DNA of 64,000 nt, taken from contig JBGAON010000003.1 of the NCBI GenBank assembly GCA_044221725.1, forward strand, positions 32,001 to 96,000. Reading direction: 5' to 3'. Below, piece by piece: positions 1-10,119 of this stretch. Within the stretch, counting starts at the first letter, position 1. The number at the start of each line of letters is the position of its first letter. Both the position numbers and the translations under genes were made by a program. Source of the DNA: Elusimicrobiota bacterium. GTDB taxonomy: Bacteria > Elusimicrobiota > Elusimicrobia > F11. Under the pieces are notes generated by a model, which had not been told where the DNA came from, made no database searches, and was given only the letters and a program-made list of their open reading frames with translations.

Positions 1-1
1 G

Positions 2-220
2 CCCACAAAATCCGTTGCCGGCATCGGCGACGGAGAAAACGATCACGCGTTTCTTTCGATGTGTGGATTAAGCGCCGCCGTTCAAAATGCCGTGCCGAGC
101 CTTAAATCCGAAGTGGATCTCGTGACAACCCAAGACAATGGCGCCGGTGTGACCGAGTTTATTGGACTGATTCTTTCCAACACATTGGTCCGATCCGCGC
201 GGCATTTTGGAAAACGGTAA
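2..220 (+). CDS. HAD-superfamily hydrolase (Cof/sucrose-phosphatase-like), C-terminal fragment truncated by the window edge
   Basis: Manual translation PTKSVAGIGDGENDHAFLSMCGLSAAVQNAVPSLK... contains HAD motif IV (GDGEND). Its TAA overlaps the ATG at 220. Confidence 0.8.
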   Translation, partial: PTKSVAGIGDGENDHAFLSMCGLSAAVQNAVPSLKSEVDLVTTQDNGAGVTEFIGLILSNTLVRSARHFGKR

Positions 221-1191
221 TGCCGAAACGGGCAACGGTGGGTATTGATATTGGGGGGACAAAAACGCTTTTCGCACTGTTTGACGAGAAATTCGGACTC
301 ATCGAGGAAATAAAAGAGAAAACGCGCGCCACAAAAGGCGAAAAGAATTTTTCGGCGATGTTGGCCGACGCGCTGGGCGCTCTCGTTAAGACCGCAAAGA
401 AAAAAGACCTCGCTATTTTGGCGGTGGGGGTTGGTTGCACCGGCACCGTTGACACGAAGACGGGCGAAGTCAAAAAGAGTCCGCACATTCCTTTCCTTGA
501 GAAATATCCGCTGAAGAGCCGGTTGAACAAACTGGCGAGCGCCAACGTTCGTATCGTGAACGATGTTCAGGCGGGTTTGTATGGCGAGCATCAGCTCGGC
601 ATCGCGAAAGGGCTTCGGCACGTCATTGGTATCTTTATCGGCACCGGAATTGGCGGCGCCATCATTATCGACGGGCATCTGCATCTCGGAGCCAAAGGAC
701 ACGCTGGGAATATTGGTCATTATTCGACTCATTCGCCACCCGCGGGTGAAATACCCGGTAACAGCATCTTAAATGAGGTCGTGAGCCGACCCGCGATTGC
801 GGCCGAAGCGGCGATGTTGGCCTCTCGGCATCAGGCGCCAAATTTTCTCAAGAATGTCGGCACGGACGTTTCGAAGATTACGAGTGCCGATTTGGCGCTG
901 GCCATTGCGCAAGGGGACAAGAACATAGAACAGGTGATTCGGAATCGATCACGTCTTGTTGGCAATGCGCTTTCCAATATCGTGGATTTCCTTAATCCCG
1001 AGATGATTGTGTTGGGGGGCGGACTCGTCGAAGCAATGCCTGCGTTAATTCGCCAAGAAGTGGAAGCCGGCGTCAAAGCAACATCCACCAAAGAAGCGTT
1101 CGATGGATTGGAAATTGCTGTGGCCAAGCTTGGGAATCACGCGGTCACAACCGGCGCCGCAAAGCTGGCGAGTGACGTGGCGCTGAACTGA
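220..1191 (+). CDS. ROK family sugar kinase (glucokinase-like)
   Basis: DIGGTK phosphate loop, GTGIGGA and GNIGH motifs. Confidence 0.9.
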   Translation: MPKRATVGIDIGGTKTLFALFDEKFGLIEEIKEKTRATKGEKNFSAMLADALGALVKTAKKKDLAILAVGVGCTGTVDTKTGEVKKSPHIPFLEKYPLKSRLNKLASANVRIVNDVQAGLYGEHQLGIAKGLRHVIGIFIGTGIGGAIIIDGHLHLGAKGHAGNIGHYSTHSPPAGEIPGNSILNEVVSRPAIAAEAAMLASRHQAPNFLKNVGTDVSKITSADLALAIAQGDKNIEQVIRNRSRLVGNALSNIVDFLNPEMIVLGGGLVEAMPALIRQEVEAGVKATSTKEAFDGLEIAVAKLGNHAVTTGAAKLASDVALN

Positions 1192-1208
1192 TTCTCGAAA
1201 AGAACGTA
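1185..1208 (+). promoter_or_regulatory. ECF promoter GAAC-N16-CGTA
   Basis: GAAC tgattctcgaaaagaa CGTA, 37 nt upstream of the ATG at 1246. Confidence 0.75.
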
Positions 1209-1245
1209 TTAAATTTGGACGAAAATCTTTTTTGGGAGCCATGTT

Positions 1246-1845
1246 ATGCGACACCAACACACCGTTGTATCCGATACGCCCGGACCTCAGGCGTCAAAAA
1301 AAGAAAGCGTGAGTGGCGTTCGCCCGCTTTCGAGAAGCGGTGAGCCTCTCGAGGCTCCTTTCGCGAACGGGATACGACTGGAGGAAGCGATCACGATCGG
1401 ACGACCTCTCCCCGAGCTGTATTCTTACTGGCGCGATTTTCGAAATCTCCCCAGCTTTTGCAAGTACCTTGAGCACGTCGAGTTCATCGACGAAAAGCGG
1501 TCGCGTTGGACCGCGATCGGGCCCGCCGACAAACCGTTGACATGGGAAGCGGCCATTATAGAGGAGACGCCGAACGAGCTCATTAGCTGGCGCTCGTTCG
1601 AAGGATCCTCTTTTCAGAACGCTGGCTCGGTTCGTTTCAAAAAGGCGCCCGCGGATCGCGGGACAGAAATCAATCTTACGTTTGCTTATTCTCCGCCGGC
1701 CGGCCCGTTGGGTTCGCTGGTTGCAAAACTCAGTGGGAAGGATCCGGCGTACATTTTGCACGAGGAATTGCGGCGGTTTAAGCAACTGATGGAAACGGGT
1801 GAAATTCCAACGACCGACGGGCAGCCGTCGCTCGAGAACCAATAG
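1246..1845 (+). CDS. SRPBCC/polyketide-cyclase-like protein
   Basis: YWRDFRNLP, ISWRS, GSVRF and KQLMETGEIPT motifs; usual partner of the downstream Zn dehydrogenase. Confidence 0.85.
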   Translation: MRHQHTVVSDTPGPQASKKESVSGVRPLSRSGEPLEAPFANGIRLEEAITIGRPLPELYSYWRDFRNLPSFCKYLEHVEFIDEKRSRWTAIGPADKPLTWEAAIIEETPNELISWRSFEGSSFQNAGSVRFKKAPADRGTEINLTFAYSPPAGPLGSLVAKLSGKDPAYILHEELRRFKQLMETGEIPTTDGQPSLENQ

Positions 1846-1854
1846 GGGAAATGT

Positions 1855-3033
1855 ATGCGCGCCACGTGTTGGTACGGGAAAAAAGACATGCGATCGGTTC
1901 GAACGACCGATCCAAAAATATTGAATCCTCGGGATGCCATCATCCGTGTGACGTTGACCGCCATCTGCGGATCCGATCTGCATTTGTATAACGCGAAGAT
2001 CCCGACCTTAAAGAAGGGCGATATTCTCGGTCACGAATTTATGGGAGAAGTGGTGGAAGTTGGATCGGCGATCAAAAATTTAAATATTGGTGATCGCGTG
2101 GTGATCCCGTTTCATATCTCGTGCGGCGCCTGTTTCTTCTGCAAGCACGAATTGTATTCGCTTTGCGACAATTCAAATCCGAACATGGTGATGGAAGAAG
2201 CGATGTACGGCCACGGAAACGCGGCCGCTTTTGGATACGCGCACATGTACGGAGGCTACGCCGGTGGCCAAGCGGAATACGTGCGCGTCCCGTTTGCGGA
2301 TGTGGGAGCACTGAGGATTCCGTCTGGAGTTCCGGATGAAAAGGTTTTGTTTCTTTCGGACATTTTCCCGACCGGTTTTATGGCGGCCGAGAATTGCAAC
2401 ATTCAGCCGGGGGATACGGTTGCCGTGTGGGGATGCGGACCCGTCGGGCAATTTGCGATTCGAAGCGCGTACTTGCTCGGTGCGGAGCGCGTGATTGCTA
2501 TTGATAACGTGCCCGAACGATTGGCGATGGCCAAAGATTACGGTCGCGCTAATATTTTGAATCACGACGATGTTGACATTCAAGATGCGCTGCTCGAGAT
2601 GACGGGTGGACGCGGCCCGGATGCGTGCATCGACGCGGTCGGCATGGAAGGGCACGGTGACAGCGGCGTTGGTGGGGCCTATGATGCCATTAAGAGTGCC
2701 GTGAAACTCGAAACCGATCGGCCGTACGCGCTGAGGCAAGCGATTCAAGCCTGCCGAAGCGGCGGGACGGTGTCGGTGCCCGGTGTTTATGGCGGGTTTA
2801 TCGATAAATTCCCGTTCGGCGCAATTTTTTCAAAATCGCTCACTATCAAATCCGGGCAAACCCACGTGCACCGTTACATGAAAGGTTTGTTGGATTTGGT
2901 GCTCGAAGGAAAAATCGATCCGAGTTTTGTGATCACGCGCCGCGTGGCTCTTTCGGAAGCTCCGGACGCGTACAAAAGATTTAACGATAAGGAACCCGGC
3001 TGGACAAAAGTCGTGCTCGTTCCGAACCATTGA
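1855..3033 (+). CDS. Zn-dependent alcohol/formaldehyde dehydrogenase (MDR family)
   Basis: [11 protein letters not shown], structural Zn Cys cluster CGACFFC...C, and GCGPVG. Confidence 0.92.
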   Translation: MRATCWYGKKDMRSVRTTDPKILNPRDAIIRVTLTAICGSDLHLYNAKIPTLKKGDILGHEFMGEVVEVGSAIKNLNIGDRVVIPFHISCGACFFCKHELYSLCDNSNPNMVMEEAMYGHGNAAAFGYAHMYGGYAGGQAEYVRVPFADVGALRIPSGVPDEKVLFLSDIFPTGFMAAENCNIQPGDTVAVWGCGPVGQFAIRSAYLLGAERVIAIDNVPERLAMAKDYGRANILNHDDVDIQDALLEMTGGRGPDACIDAVGMEGHGDSGVGGAYDAIKSAVKLETDRPYALRQAIQACRSGGTVSVPGVYGGFIDKFPFGAIFSKSLTIKSGQTHVHRYMKGLLDLVLEGKIDPSFVITRRVALSEAPDAYKRFNDKEPGWTKVVLVPNH

Positions 3034-3065
3034 GAATTTACGAATCAAAAAAACTAGGAGGCCTT

Positions 3066-3371
3066 ATGAAAAAGTTATTTGCTGCCGCAACGATGGGTGT
3101 GTTTCTCACCGGAGCAGTCCCTTCGCTCCACGCGAACCACTGGGACAAAAATCCCCAAGAACGGCAAAAGCACATGAACGACAAAATCGAAAAGATGACG
3201 AAGGAATTTAATCTTACGCCGGATCAGCAATCGAAAGTCCGAGCGGCTATGCAAAACAAGATGGAAAAAATGGAATCTGCCGAGCGGGAGTTTCATAACG
3301 AAGTAAAAGGCGTCTTAAACGCGGATCAAATGAAAAAATTCGATGAGAAAATGGAAGAGAAAATGAAATAA
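3066..3371 (+). CDS. Small secreted Spy/CpxP-like helical protein
   Basis: SD AGGAGG before ATG 3066; signal peptide; LTPDQ and LNADQ (LTXXQ-like) motifs. Confidence 0.6.
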   Translation: MKKLFAAATMGVFLTGAVPSLHANHWDKNPQERQKHMNDKIEKMTKEFNLTPDQQSKVRAAMQNKMEKMESAEREFHNEVKGVLNADQMKKFDEKMEEKMK

Positions 3372-3377
3372 AAGTCC

Positions 3378-3830
3378 GTGGAAAAGGACAAGGTTCCGAT
3401 TTCAAAGGCGGGGGAGTTTCTGCTGGACGAATGCCGGATGGTGTTGCCCGGTATTCAGGCTCTGTTTGGGTTTCAACTTGTCGCGGTGTTTAATAACCGG
3501 TTTAACTCGGTTCTGACGCATGCCCAACAGCTCATCCATTATTGTTCAATCGCACTGGTGGCCACGGCCGTGGCGCTGGTGATGGCGCCCGCTGCGTACC
3601 ATCGACAAACGCACATAAATGAGGTCACCGAGAAATTCCTTGTTGTCGCTAGCCGGTTGCTTTTGTTGAGCATGGGGCCGCTCATGATGGGCATTTCATT
3701 GGATTTTTATTTGATCGGCGTTACGATTTTCGAAAACCAAGCGCTCAGTGTTGTTTGTTCGGTGTTGCTGTTTTTTGTGTTCGTCGCGTTATGGTTTGTA
3801 TTGCCGCGATGGCGGAAAGGTCCGACGTAA
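3378..3830 (+). CDS. DUF6328-like membrane protein
   Basis: LLDECRMVLPGIQALFGFQL and PAAYHR motifs; about 4 TM helices. Confidence 0.7.
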   Translation: MEKDKVPISKAGEFLLDECRMVLPGIQALFGFQLVAVFNNRFNSVLTHAQQLIHYCSIALVATAVALVMAPAAYHRQTHINEVTEKFLVVASRLLLLSMGPLMMGISLDFYLIGVTIFENQALSVVCSVLLFFVFVALWFVLPRWRKGPT

Positions 3831-3889
3831 AACGGGTTTTTCAATTCGTCGCCACTTTCTTTCGCGTGAACGTCGAAGTCGGCTTTTCA

Positions 3890-4993
3890 TTAGCGCGACA
3901 TTTCTGACGCGTTAATAAATTTCGGTTTGTCGACCGGTGGCAGTTTCTTCTTTTGCGATGGTTCGGCGGACGGCTTTTCCGGAATGTCCCGCAACGAAAT
4001 CTTTTTGCCGGTTTTAGCCGCTTCGTATATGGCGCGTATGATTTTCACGTCGTTCAAACCTTCTTGGCCCGACGGCTCCGGTTCTTGGTTTTTAAGAATG
4101 CAGTCCGAGAAATAAATGAGTTCGGCCGCGAATTGGTCGTGTTTGCCGAATTTTTTGCGCGTGGTCTTTTCGTTTATCGTGAGCTCGTAGGCCAACGGTT
4201 CCGCGTACTCGTACGAGGGATTCATTCGCAGGGACCCTTTGGTTCCCACGATCTCAAAAGCGCCGGTATCGCTCGCACCGAAACTGCTGATGAAGGTGGC
4301 GAAGCGGTCTGCGGGAAAGCGCAGCAAAACGCTGGTCATTTCATCCACTTCTTTAAAGCGCGAATATTTGCCGCCCGTTGAAAAAGCCTGCACCTCGAGC
4401 GGCTCGTCGCGGAACAGATATCGTGCTGCGTTCACGCAATAAACGCCAAGATCCCAAACGGATCCGCCTCCGAGACCGGCTTTCAGTCGGATATCTCCTT
4501 CTTTGACCTGTCGCGAAAAAAGCGAACCGAAAAAGCGAACGTCGCCGAGTTTTCCGTTCTTCACGAGTTTGATGGCTTCGAGGTTGGCTTCGTCAAAATG
4601 CAAACGGTAAGCGATCATGAGTTTTACTTTGTTTTTCTTGGCGGCCGCGATCATGTCACGGCATTCTTTTTCGCTGGTGGCCATCGGCTTTTCGCATAAC
4701 ACGTGCAATCCCGCATCGGCTGCTGCAATCGCGTATGGGGCGTGCAGGGAATTTGGCAGAGCGATGTAGACCGCATCGGCCACACCGGATTTCAGAAATG
4801 TGTCGTAGTGGTCGTAATCCGTAACGTTTGGAACGCGATACTTTTTGCCAAGCAACTCTTGCTTTTTCGCGTTGCCCGAAATGAGCGCGGTCAAGCGGGA
4901 GTTTTTTGCGTGTTTAAAACTTGGAAGCACGGCCGCCTGCGCGATGTAGCCGAGTCCCACCACGCCGTAACGGATGACGTTGGTAGATGCCAT
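3890..4993 (-). CDS. Gfo/Idh/MocA oxidoreductase (glucose-fructose oxidoreductase-like)
   Basis: GLGYIA Rossmann motif, LCEKPM, and GGGSVWDLGVY. Confidence 0.9.
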   Translation of the reverse strand: MASTNVIRYGVVGLGYIAQAAVLPSFKHAKNSRLTALISGNAKKQELLGKKYRVPNVTDYDHYDTFLKSGVADAVYIALPNSLHAPYAIAAADAGLHVLCEKPMATSEKECRDMIAAAKKNKVKLMIAYRLHFDEANLEAIKLVKNGKLGDVRFFGSLFSRQVKEGDIRLKAGLGGGSVWDLGVYCVNAARYLFRDEPLEVQAFSTGGKYSRFKEVDEMTSVLLRFPADRFATFISSFGASDTGAFEIVGTKGSLRMNPSYEYAEPLAYELTINEKTTRKKFGKHDQFAAELIYFSDCILKNQEPEPSGQEGLNDVKIIRAIYEAAKTGKKISLRDIPEKPSAEPSQKKKLPPVDKPKFINASEMSR

Positions 4994-5169
4994 TATTTTT
5001 TTCGGGGGACTTTCGCCCCGGACTTCCGTGCTTCGGACAGCCCGATGGCAATGGCTTGTTTCCGGTTCTTAACTTTTTTGCCCGAGCGACCGGATTTGAG
5101 TTTGCCCTCTTTGTACTCGTGCATCACGCGTTCCACTTTTTTTCCGGCCTTTTTTCCGTATCTCGCCAT
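4993..5169 (-). CDS. 58-aa basic DUF6496-like protein (not in the ORF track)
   Basis: MARYGKKAGKKVERVMHEYKEGKLKSGRSGKKVKNRKQAIAIGLSEARKSGAKVPRKK; SD GAGGAGG; TAATG coupling to the Gfo gene. Confidence 0.85.
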   Translation of the reverse strand: MARYGKKAGKKVERVMHEYKEGKLKSGRSGKKVKNRKQAIAIGLSEARKSGAKVPRKK

Positions 5170-5201
5170 CGCTTTTCCTCCTCAGGATTTTCACTCCCTT
5201 G

Positions 5202-5254
5202 TACGCGCCGGGTTTAAAAAAGTTTATTTCCAACTCTTTATACGGTAACGCGTA
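5202..5254. promoter_or_regulatory. Divergent pair of ECF promoters (one-mismatch variants)
   Basis: Minus strand AAAC-N16-CGTA (5225-5202); plus strand CAAC-N16-CGTA (5231-5254), 8 nt before ATG 5263. Confidence 0.6.
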
Positions 5255-5262
5255 TCTATGGC

Positions 5263-6783
5263 ATGAGCACAGTTTGGGACGGCGTCCCGGTACCCCGATT
5301 TCCTTCTCTCCAGCAAGATGTTTCGGCCGACGTGTGCGTTGTTGGCTGCGGAATTGCTGGGCTGACCACCGCCTACCTGCTCCTGAAAGAAGGCAAGAGC
5401 GTCGTTCTCCTCGATGAGAAAAATCTCGGTCGCGGGGAAACGGGACTTACGAGCGCGCACCTGTCGAATGCGCTTGACGACCGGTATTACGCGCTTGAAA
5501 AGATTCACGGTGAACACGGAGCCAGACTGGCCGCCGAAAGCCACACCGCGGCCATCAACCGAATTGAACGGATCGCTCACGACGAAAATATTTCGTGTGA
5601 ATTCGCTCGTGTTGACGGTTATTTGTTCGCAGGGCGAAAAGAGCTGGAGCCGACATTGGAAGCAGAGTTCCACGCCGCGCGTCGCGCGGGAATATTTACC
5701 ATTGAGTGGGCCAACGCGGCGCCGTGGAAAGAATTTGACACCGGCAAATGTTTGCGGTTCCCCAACCAGGCGCAATTTCATCCGTTGAAATATTTGTTCG
5801 GGCTCGCGCAAACCGTAAAGAAAATGGGAGGACAGATTTACACGAATTCGCGTGCGGTGGAGTGTCACGGCGGCGCGTCGACGTCGGTGTTGTTAAAACA
5901 AGGCTCGATGGTACGGGCCAAAGCAATTGTTTTGGCCACGAATGTTCCCATCAACAACAGAGTCGCGATCCACACGAAACAAGTAGCGTACCGCACCTAT
6001 GTTATAGGTGTTCGAATTCCACACGGCAGTATTGAGCGCGCGCTCTATTGGGACAACGAAGATCCGTATCATTACGTCCGCTTGGAAAGCGACCCAAAAC
6101 ATTCCGCCGATGAGATTCTCATCGTGGGGGGAGAAGACCATCGAACCGGTGAGCCGGTGGACTACGAAAATCGATACGACCGCCTTGAAGCTTGGGCGCG
6201 CAGCCGTTTCCCGTTTGCGAAAGCGATCGAATACAAGTGGTCCGGCCAGATCATCGAGCCGGTGGATGGGCTTGCGTTCATCGGACGAAATCCGGCCGAT
6301 CATGACAACGTTTTTATCATCACCGGCGATTCAGGAAATGGCCTCACGCATGGCACGATCGGCGGAATGCTGATCACCGATCTCATTATGGAGCGCGAAA
6401 ATCCGTGGCGTGATCTTTACAACCCTTCGCGGCTGCCGCTTCACACGATCAAAGATTACGTGAAGCAGAACGCCGACGTTCTTCCGAAATACACGGAATG
6501 GGTGACGCCCGGAGAGATCAAATCCGAGTCTTATATCGAGCCCGGCACCGGAAAAATTATTCGCCGTGGCGCCCAAAAAATTGCCGCGTATCGTGACAAA
6601 GACGGCAAATTGCGTGAGCTCTCCGCGGTGTGTCCGCATCTGGGATGCATTGTCCACTGGAATTCCGCGGAACAAACGTGGGATTGTCCGTGCCACGGCT
6701 CTCGCTTCGATCCCGAAGGAACCGTTGTGAACGGTCCCGCCAACTCCAACCTTCACCCGATTCACGCCGAACTAAAAAAGTAA
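5263..6783 (+). CDS. FAD-dependent oxidoreductase with C-terminal Rieske [2Fe-2S] domain (YhfW-like)
   Basis: GCGIAG FAD motif; CPHLGC and CPCHGS Rieske boxes. Confidence 0.92.
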   Translation: MSTVWDGVPVPRFPSLQQDVSADVCVVGCGIAGLTTAYLLLKEGKSVVLLDEKNLGRGETGLTSAHLSNALDDRYYALEKIHGEHGARLAAESHTAAINRIERIAHDENISCEFARVDGYLFAGRKELEPTLEAEFHAARRAGIFTIEWANAAPWKEFDTGKCLRFPNQAQFHPLKYLFGLAQTVKKMGGQIYTNSRAVECHGGASTSVLLKQGSMVRAKAIVLATNVPINNRVAIHTKQVAYRTYVIGVRIPHGSIERALYWDNEDPYHYVRLESDPKHSADEILIVGGEDHRTGEPVDYENRYDRLEAWARSRFPFAKAIEYKWSGQIIEPVDGLAFIGRNPADHDNVFIITGDSGNGLTHGTIGGMLITDLIMERENPWRDLYNPSRLPLHTIKDYVKQNADVLPKYTEWVTPGEIKSESYIEPGTGKIIRRGAQKIAAYRDKDGKLRELSAVCPHLGCIVHWNSAEQTWDCPCHGSRFDPEGTVVNGPANSNLHPIHAELKK

Positions 6784-6816
6784 CCATTCGTTCGACCGGA
6801 GTGTCAGATCTTCGGT

Positions 6817-7758
6817 ATGGACAGTCGCTTGCGCATCGTTTCGTTCTCGGTTGTTGCTGCAATTTCTCTATCGCAGGTGATGAGCCTATTCGCTTTTACG
6901 GGAACCGACGGGGCAGCCTTTCTTAATATTCCGGTGGGGGGGCGTCCGGCCGCCCTTGGAGGCGCTTACACGGCCCTCGCCGATGACGCTTACGCTCCGA
7001 TTTTCAATGCGGGTGGACTTGGATTCGTGCCGTCGTCGCAACTAAGTCTCATGCACCTTTCGTACATCGATTCGGTTTCCTACGAGTTCGCAAGTTTCGT
7101 GCATCCGTTCTCGGCCGGGCACAGTATCGGTTTGTCGGTTCAAAACTTGCGAACCGGTAGTATCCCGTCGACCGATGCGAACGGCAATGCCAACGGAGAT
7201 TTCTCAAGTTCATCGTTCGCTTACTCGCTCGCCTACGGACAAACCATCGGAAAAATATTTTCGTTGGGTCTCGCCGCGAAATTAATTCAGTCCAGCATTG
7301 CAAGCGAATCGGCGAGCGCTTCGGCCGTCGATATCGGTGCGATGCTGCGGCCATCGGACGTGTTCGGATTGGGCGCGGCTGTCACGAACATTGGGTCGGA
7401 AATTAAATTTGTTGATCAGTCCGATCCGCTGCCGCTTACTTTTCGGCTTGGCGGATTTTATCGTCCGACAAATCACTGGGTGTTGGCGCTGCAGGGCAGT
7501 CATGCTCGCAGCGACTCCACGGACGGACAGGCGGGTTTGGAGTACAGTCCGGTCGAAATGTTTGCTTTCCGTTTTGGTTACCGGACGGAGACAGTCGACA
7601 AAATTGATGGTCTCACCGGATTTACGACGGGCGTCGGTGTACGGGTGGCGGGACAACAGTTCGATTACGCGTGGGCACCGCTTGGCGATCTCGGCAACAC
7701 CCAATATTTTTCCCTTTTATTTCAATGGGGTCTTAAGGAGCCGGGGGACGAACCATGA
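6817..7758 (+). CDS. PorV/PorQ-family outer-membrane beta-barrel
   Basis: Signal peptide; GAAFLNIPVGGRPAALGGAYTA..DD N-terminal signature; C-terminal DYAW..LG.TQYFSL strand. Confidence 0.75.
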   Translation: MDSRLRIVSFSVVAAISLSQVMSLFAFTGTDGAAFLNIPVGGRPAALGGAYTALADDAYAPIFNAGGLGFVPSSQLSLMHLSYIDSVSYEFASFVHPFSAGHSIGLSVQNLRTGSIPSTDANGNANGDFSSSSFAYSLAYGQTIGKIFSLGLAAKLIQSSIASESASASAVDIGAMLRPSDVFGLGAAVTNIGSEIKFVDQSDPLPLTFRLGGFYRPTNHWVLALQGSHARSDSTDGQAGLEYSPVEMFAFRFGYRTETVDKIDGLTGFTTGVGVRVAGQQFDYAWAPLGDLGNTQYFSLLFQWGLKEPGDEP

Positions 7759-9230
7759 GAAAACATGTTTGGTTCTCTTTATTAGCGACGATGGTGCCCG
7801 TTTCTCTCGCGACACCGCTCGAGGTCAGCAGTTGGTTGTCGTATCAGATTCAACATGAAGAGACCCTCAATCTGTACGCGCAGCAATTCACATCGGTCTG
7901 TGTATTCGCCTACGATTTCGATACGAGTGACAATTTGCGGCCCGCGCGTCCATGGGTTGATTCCGCGCTGGCGCGCCTGGTTTCCAACGAGCGCCCGGGG
8001 CAACCGATCTTCGTTACGATTGTGAACGACATCGAGTCGGATCCGCCCCGGCAACACAACGGAGAAATCATTTTACGGATCTTGTCGGACCCGCAAAAGC
8101 GTGCCGAGCACATTCGCCAGATTGTCGCTTTGAGCGCCCACGCGGACGGCGTCGATATCGATTACGAATCTTTGCTCCAAGGCACGCGCCCGTATTTCAC
8201 GCAATTTATTCAGGAATTGCGGGCCGCGTTGCCCGCGGGAAAAAAACTGTCGGTCGTTTGCCAGCCGAAGACCGATAACTCCGACGGGCCGCGCGGACAA
8301 GTTTTCGATTGGCCGGCCATTCATCCGTACGTGGACATCATGAAGATCATGACGTATTACTACGCGTACGGAGCAAGTTCTCCGGGCCCTTCGGCGCCAC
8401 TCGATAAAGTGCGGGCGGTCACGCAATTGGCCATCAGCGAAATCCCCAGAGAAAAATTGCATGTTGTCTTGACGCAATTCGGATGGAATTGGCCGGACGG
8501 TCAAAATGGAGAGTTCCTTTCCTTCGACCAAGCGATGCGGATCGCCCAAGCGCACGGCGTCACGCCGGTGCGTGATCCGGTATCGCAGTACTTGCGCGTG
8601 GACTACAACGATGGTGGGACTCCGCATCAGATTTGGGTTCCTGACGCGACGAGTCTTCGCTCGCAAATCGATGTCATCCAAAGCTTGGGCGTTAACAAGA
8701 TCGACGTCTGGGAATTGGGCGTGGGGGATCAAGAGTTTTGGAAATGGATTGCGGCAAACACGGTAAATCCCAACGGGAATCCAGCGCCCACGCCAACGCC
8801 AACCCCGACACCCACACCGACTCCAACACCGACACCGACGCCGCCACCGTCGGATCCAACGCCGACCCCGACACCTCCGCCGCCATCGGATCCATCCGAA
8901 CCTGCGCCGCAACGACCAACAGCTCCGGTTTCGACACCGGTGACCACGATTTCATCAAGCTTGGACGAGGCGCGCGTGTTCCCGAATCCGTGGCGATCGA
9001 ATGAACACGCCTCGATGTCGATTCATTTCGATCGGCTTACCACCGATGCCGATATAAAAATATTTACGGTGGCCGCTCAATGGGTGACGACGTTGCATTC
9101 ATCGAACGGAACAGCAACGTGGAATCTTAAAAATGATTCTGGAGAATCGGTGGCGTCCGGCTGTTATTTCTTTCTTGTGACCGATTCCGCCGGAAATAGT
9201 CGCACCGGCAAGGTCGCTGTCATCAAATAG
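7755..9230 (+). CDS. Secreted GH18 glycoside hydrolase with Pro/Thr linker and T9SS-type (FlgD-Ig-like) C-terminal domain
   Basis: DGVDIDYE matches DxxDxDxE; (PT)n linker; C-terminal VFPNP...IKIFT...WN..N..G..VASG.Y...GKVAVIK. Confidence 0.8.
   Translation: MRKHVWFSLLATMVPVSLATPLEVSSWLSYQIQHEETLNLYAQQFTSVCVFAYDFDTSDNLRPARPWVDSALARLVSNERPGQPIFVTIVNDIESDPPRQHNGEIILRILSDPQKRAEHIRQIVALSAHADGVDIDYESLLQGTRPYFTQFIQELRAALPAGKKLSVVCQPKTDNSDGPRGQVFDWPAIHPYVDIMKIMTYYYAYGASSPGPSAPLDKVRAVTQLAISEIPREKLHVVLTQFGWNWPDGQNGEFLSFDQAMRIAQAHGVTPVRDPVSQYLRVDYNDGGTPHQIWVPDATSLRSQIDVIQSLGVNKIDVWELGVGDQEFWKWIAANTVNPNGNPAPTPTPTPTPTPTPTPTPTPPPSDPTPTPTPPPPSDPSEPAPQRPTAPVSTPVTTISSSLDEARVFPNPWRSNEHASMSIHFDRLTTDADIKIFTVAAQWVTTLHSSNGTATWNLKNDSGESVASGCYFFLVTDSAGNSRTGKVAVIK
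8785..8900 (+). repeat. Coding low-complexity repeat encoding a (PT)n/PPSDP linker
   Basis: Degenerate CCNACN hexamers and two CCNTCGGATCCA copies. Confidence 0.85.
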
Positions 9231-9239
9231 GTTTATGCA

Positions 9240-9263
9240 GAACCAAGCGGTTTCGCACTCGTA
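9240..9263 (+). promoter_or_regulatory. ECF promoter GAAC-N16-CGTA of ku
   Basis: GAAC caagcggtttcgcact CGTA, 8 nt before ATG 9272; no SD present. Confidence 0.8.
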
Positions 9264-9271
9264 ATAAAACC

Positions 9272-10096
9272 ATGGCACGTCCGATTTGGAAAGGCCACAT
9301 ATCGTTTGGTCTTGTGAGCATTCCGGTAACGCTCTTCTCTGCGGAAGAACGTTCCGAGCTTCATTTTCATCTGGTCGACAGTCGCAACAACGCGCGCGTG
9401 CGCTACGAGCGCATCAATGAAGCGACCGGTGAAGAAGTGCCGTGGAACGCCGTCGCGAAGGCCTACGAGTATGACGACAACAATTTCGTTTTGTTGAAAG
9501 ACGAAGATTTCAAGAAGGCCGATGTGAAAGTCACCAACTCGATCGATATCACCGACTTCATCGATCGCAAAAATCTCGATTGCATGTATTTCGATAAGCC
9601 CTATGTGTTGGTCCCTGAGAAGAAATCCGAGAAGGGCTACGTGTTGCTGCGGGAGATTTTGGAGCGCACAAACAAAGTTGGAATTGCGCTCGTGGTCATT
9701 CGTACGCGCCAGTACGTGTCGGCGCTTATGCCACGCGAAAACGCTCTCGTATTGAATTTGTTGCGCTACGAGCAAGAGATGCGCAAGTTGTCCGACTTTG
9801 ATCTGCCCACGGGAAAAATCGAAAAATTTCGCATTTCAAAAAAAGAAATCGAAATGGCCGAGAAGTTTGTCGAAAGCCTCACCGCTCAGTGGGAGCCCGC
9901 GAAATACAAGGACGAATACCGCTCCACGTTGCTCAAGTGGATCAAAGAGAAAATAAAAAGCGGAGATACCGAACATAAAACGGAAAAAGAGGAAGAAGAG
10001 AAGCCGATGGATACCAGCAAGGTGGACATCGTTGAGCTACTTCGAAAGAGCATGCGGCACCAGAAAGACCACCATCTTGCTGGTTCTCGAAACTAG
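9272..10096 (+). CDS. ku: NHEJ protein Ku
   Basis: MARPIWKGHISFGLVSIPV, YFDKPYVL and YKDEYR motifs. Confidence 0.95.
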   Translation: MARPIWKGHISFGLVSIPVTLFSAEERSELHFHLVDSRNNARVRYERINEATGEEVPWNAVAKAYEYDDNNFVLLKDEDFKKADVKVTNSIDITDFIDRKNLDCMYFDKPYVLVPEKKSEKGYVLLREILERTNKVGIALVVIRTRQYVSALMPRENALVLNLLRYEQEMRKLSDFDLPTGKIEKFRISKKEIEMAEKFVESLTAQWEPAKYKDEYRSTLLKWIKEKIKSGDTEHKTEKEEEEKPMDTSKVDIVELLRKSMRHQKDHHLAGSRN

Positions 10097-10119
10097 TGTT
10101 TAACATTGGAGGAGAATTC

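Noticed and set aside
8785..8900. Short-period repeat that might be a CRISPR array or VNTR
   Set aside because: It is an in-frame Pro/Thr linker with varied third positions and has no repeat-spacer structure.
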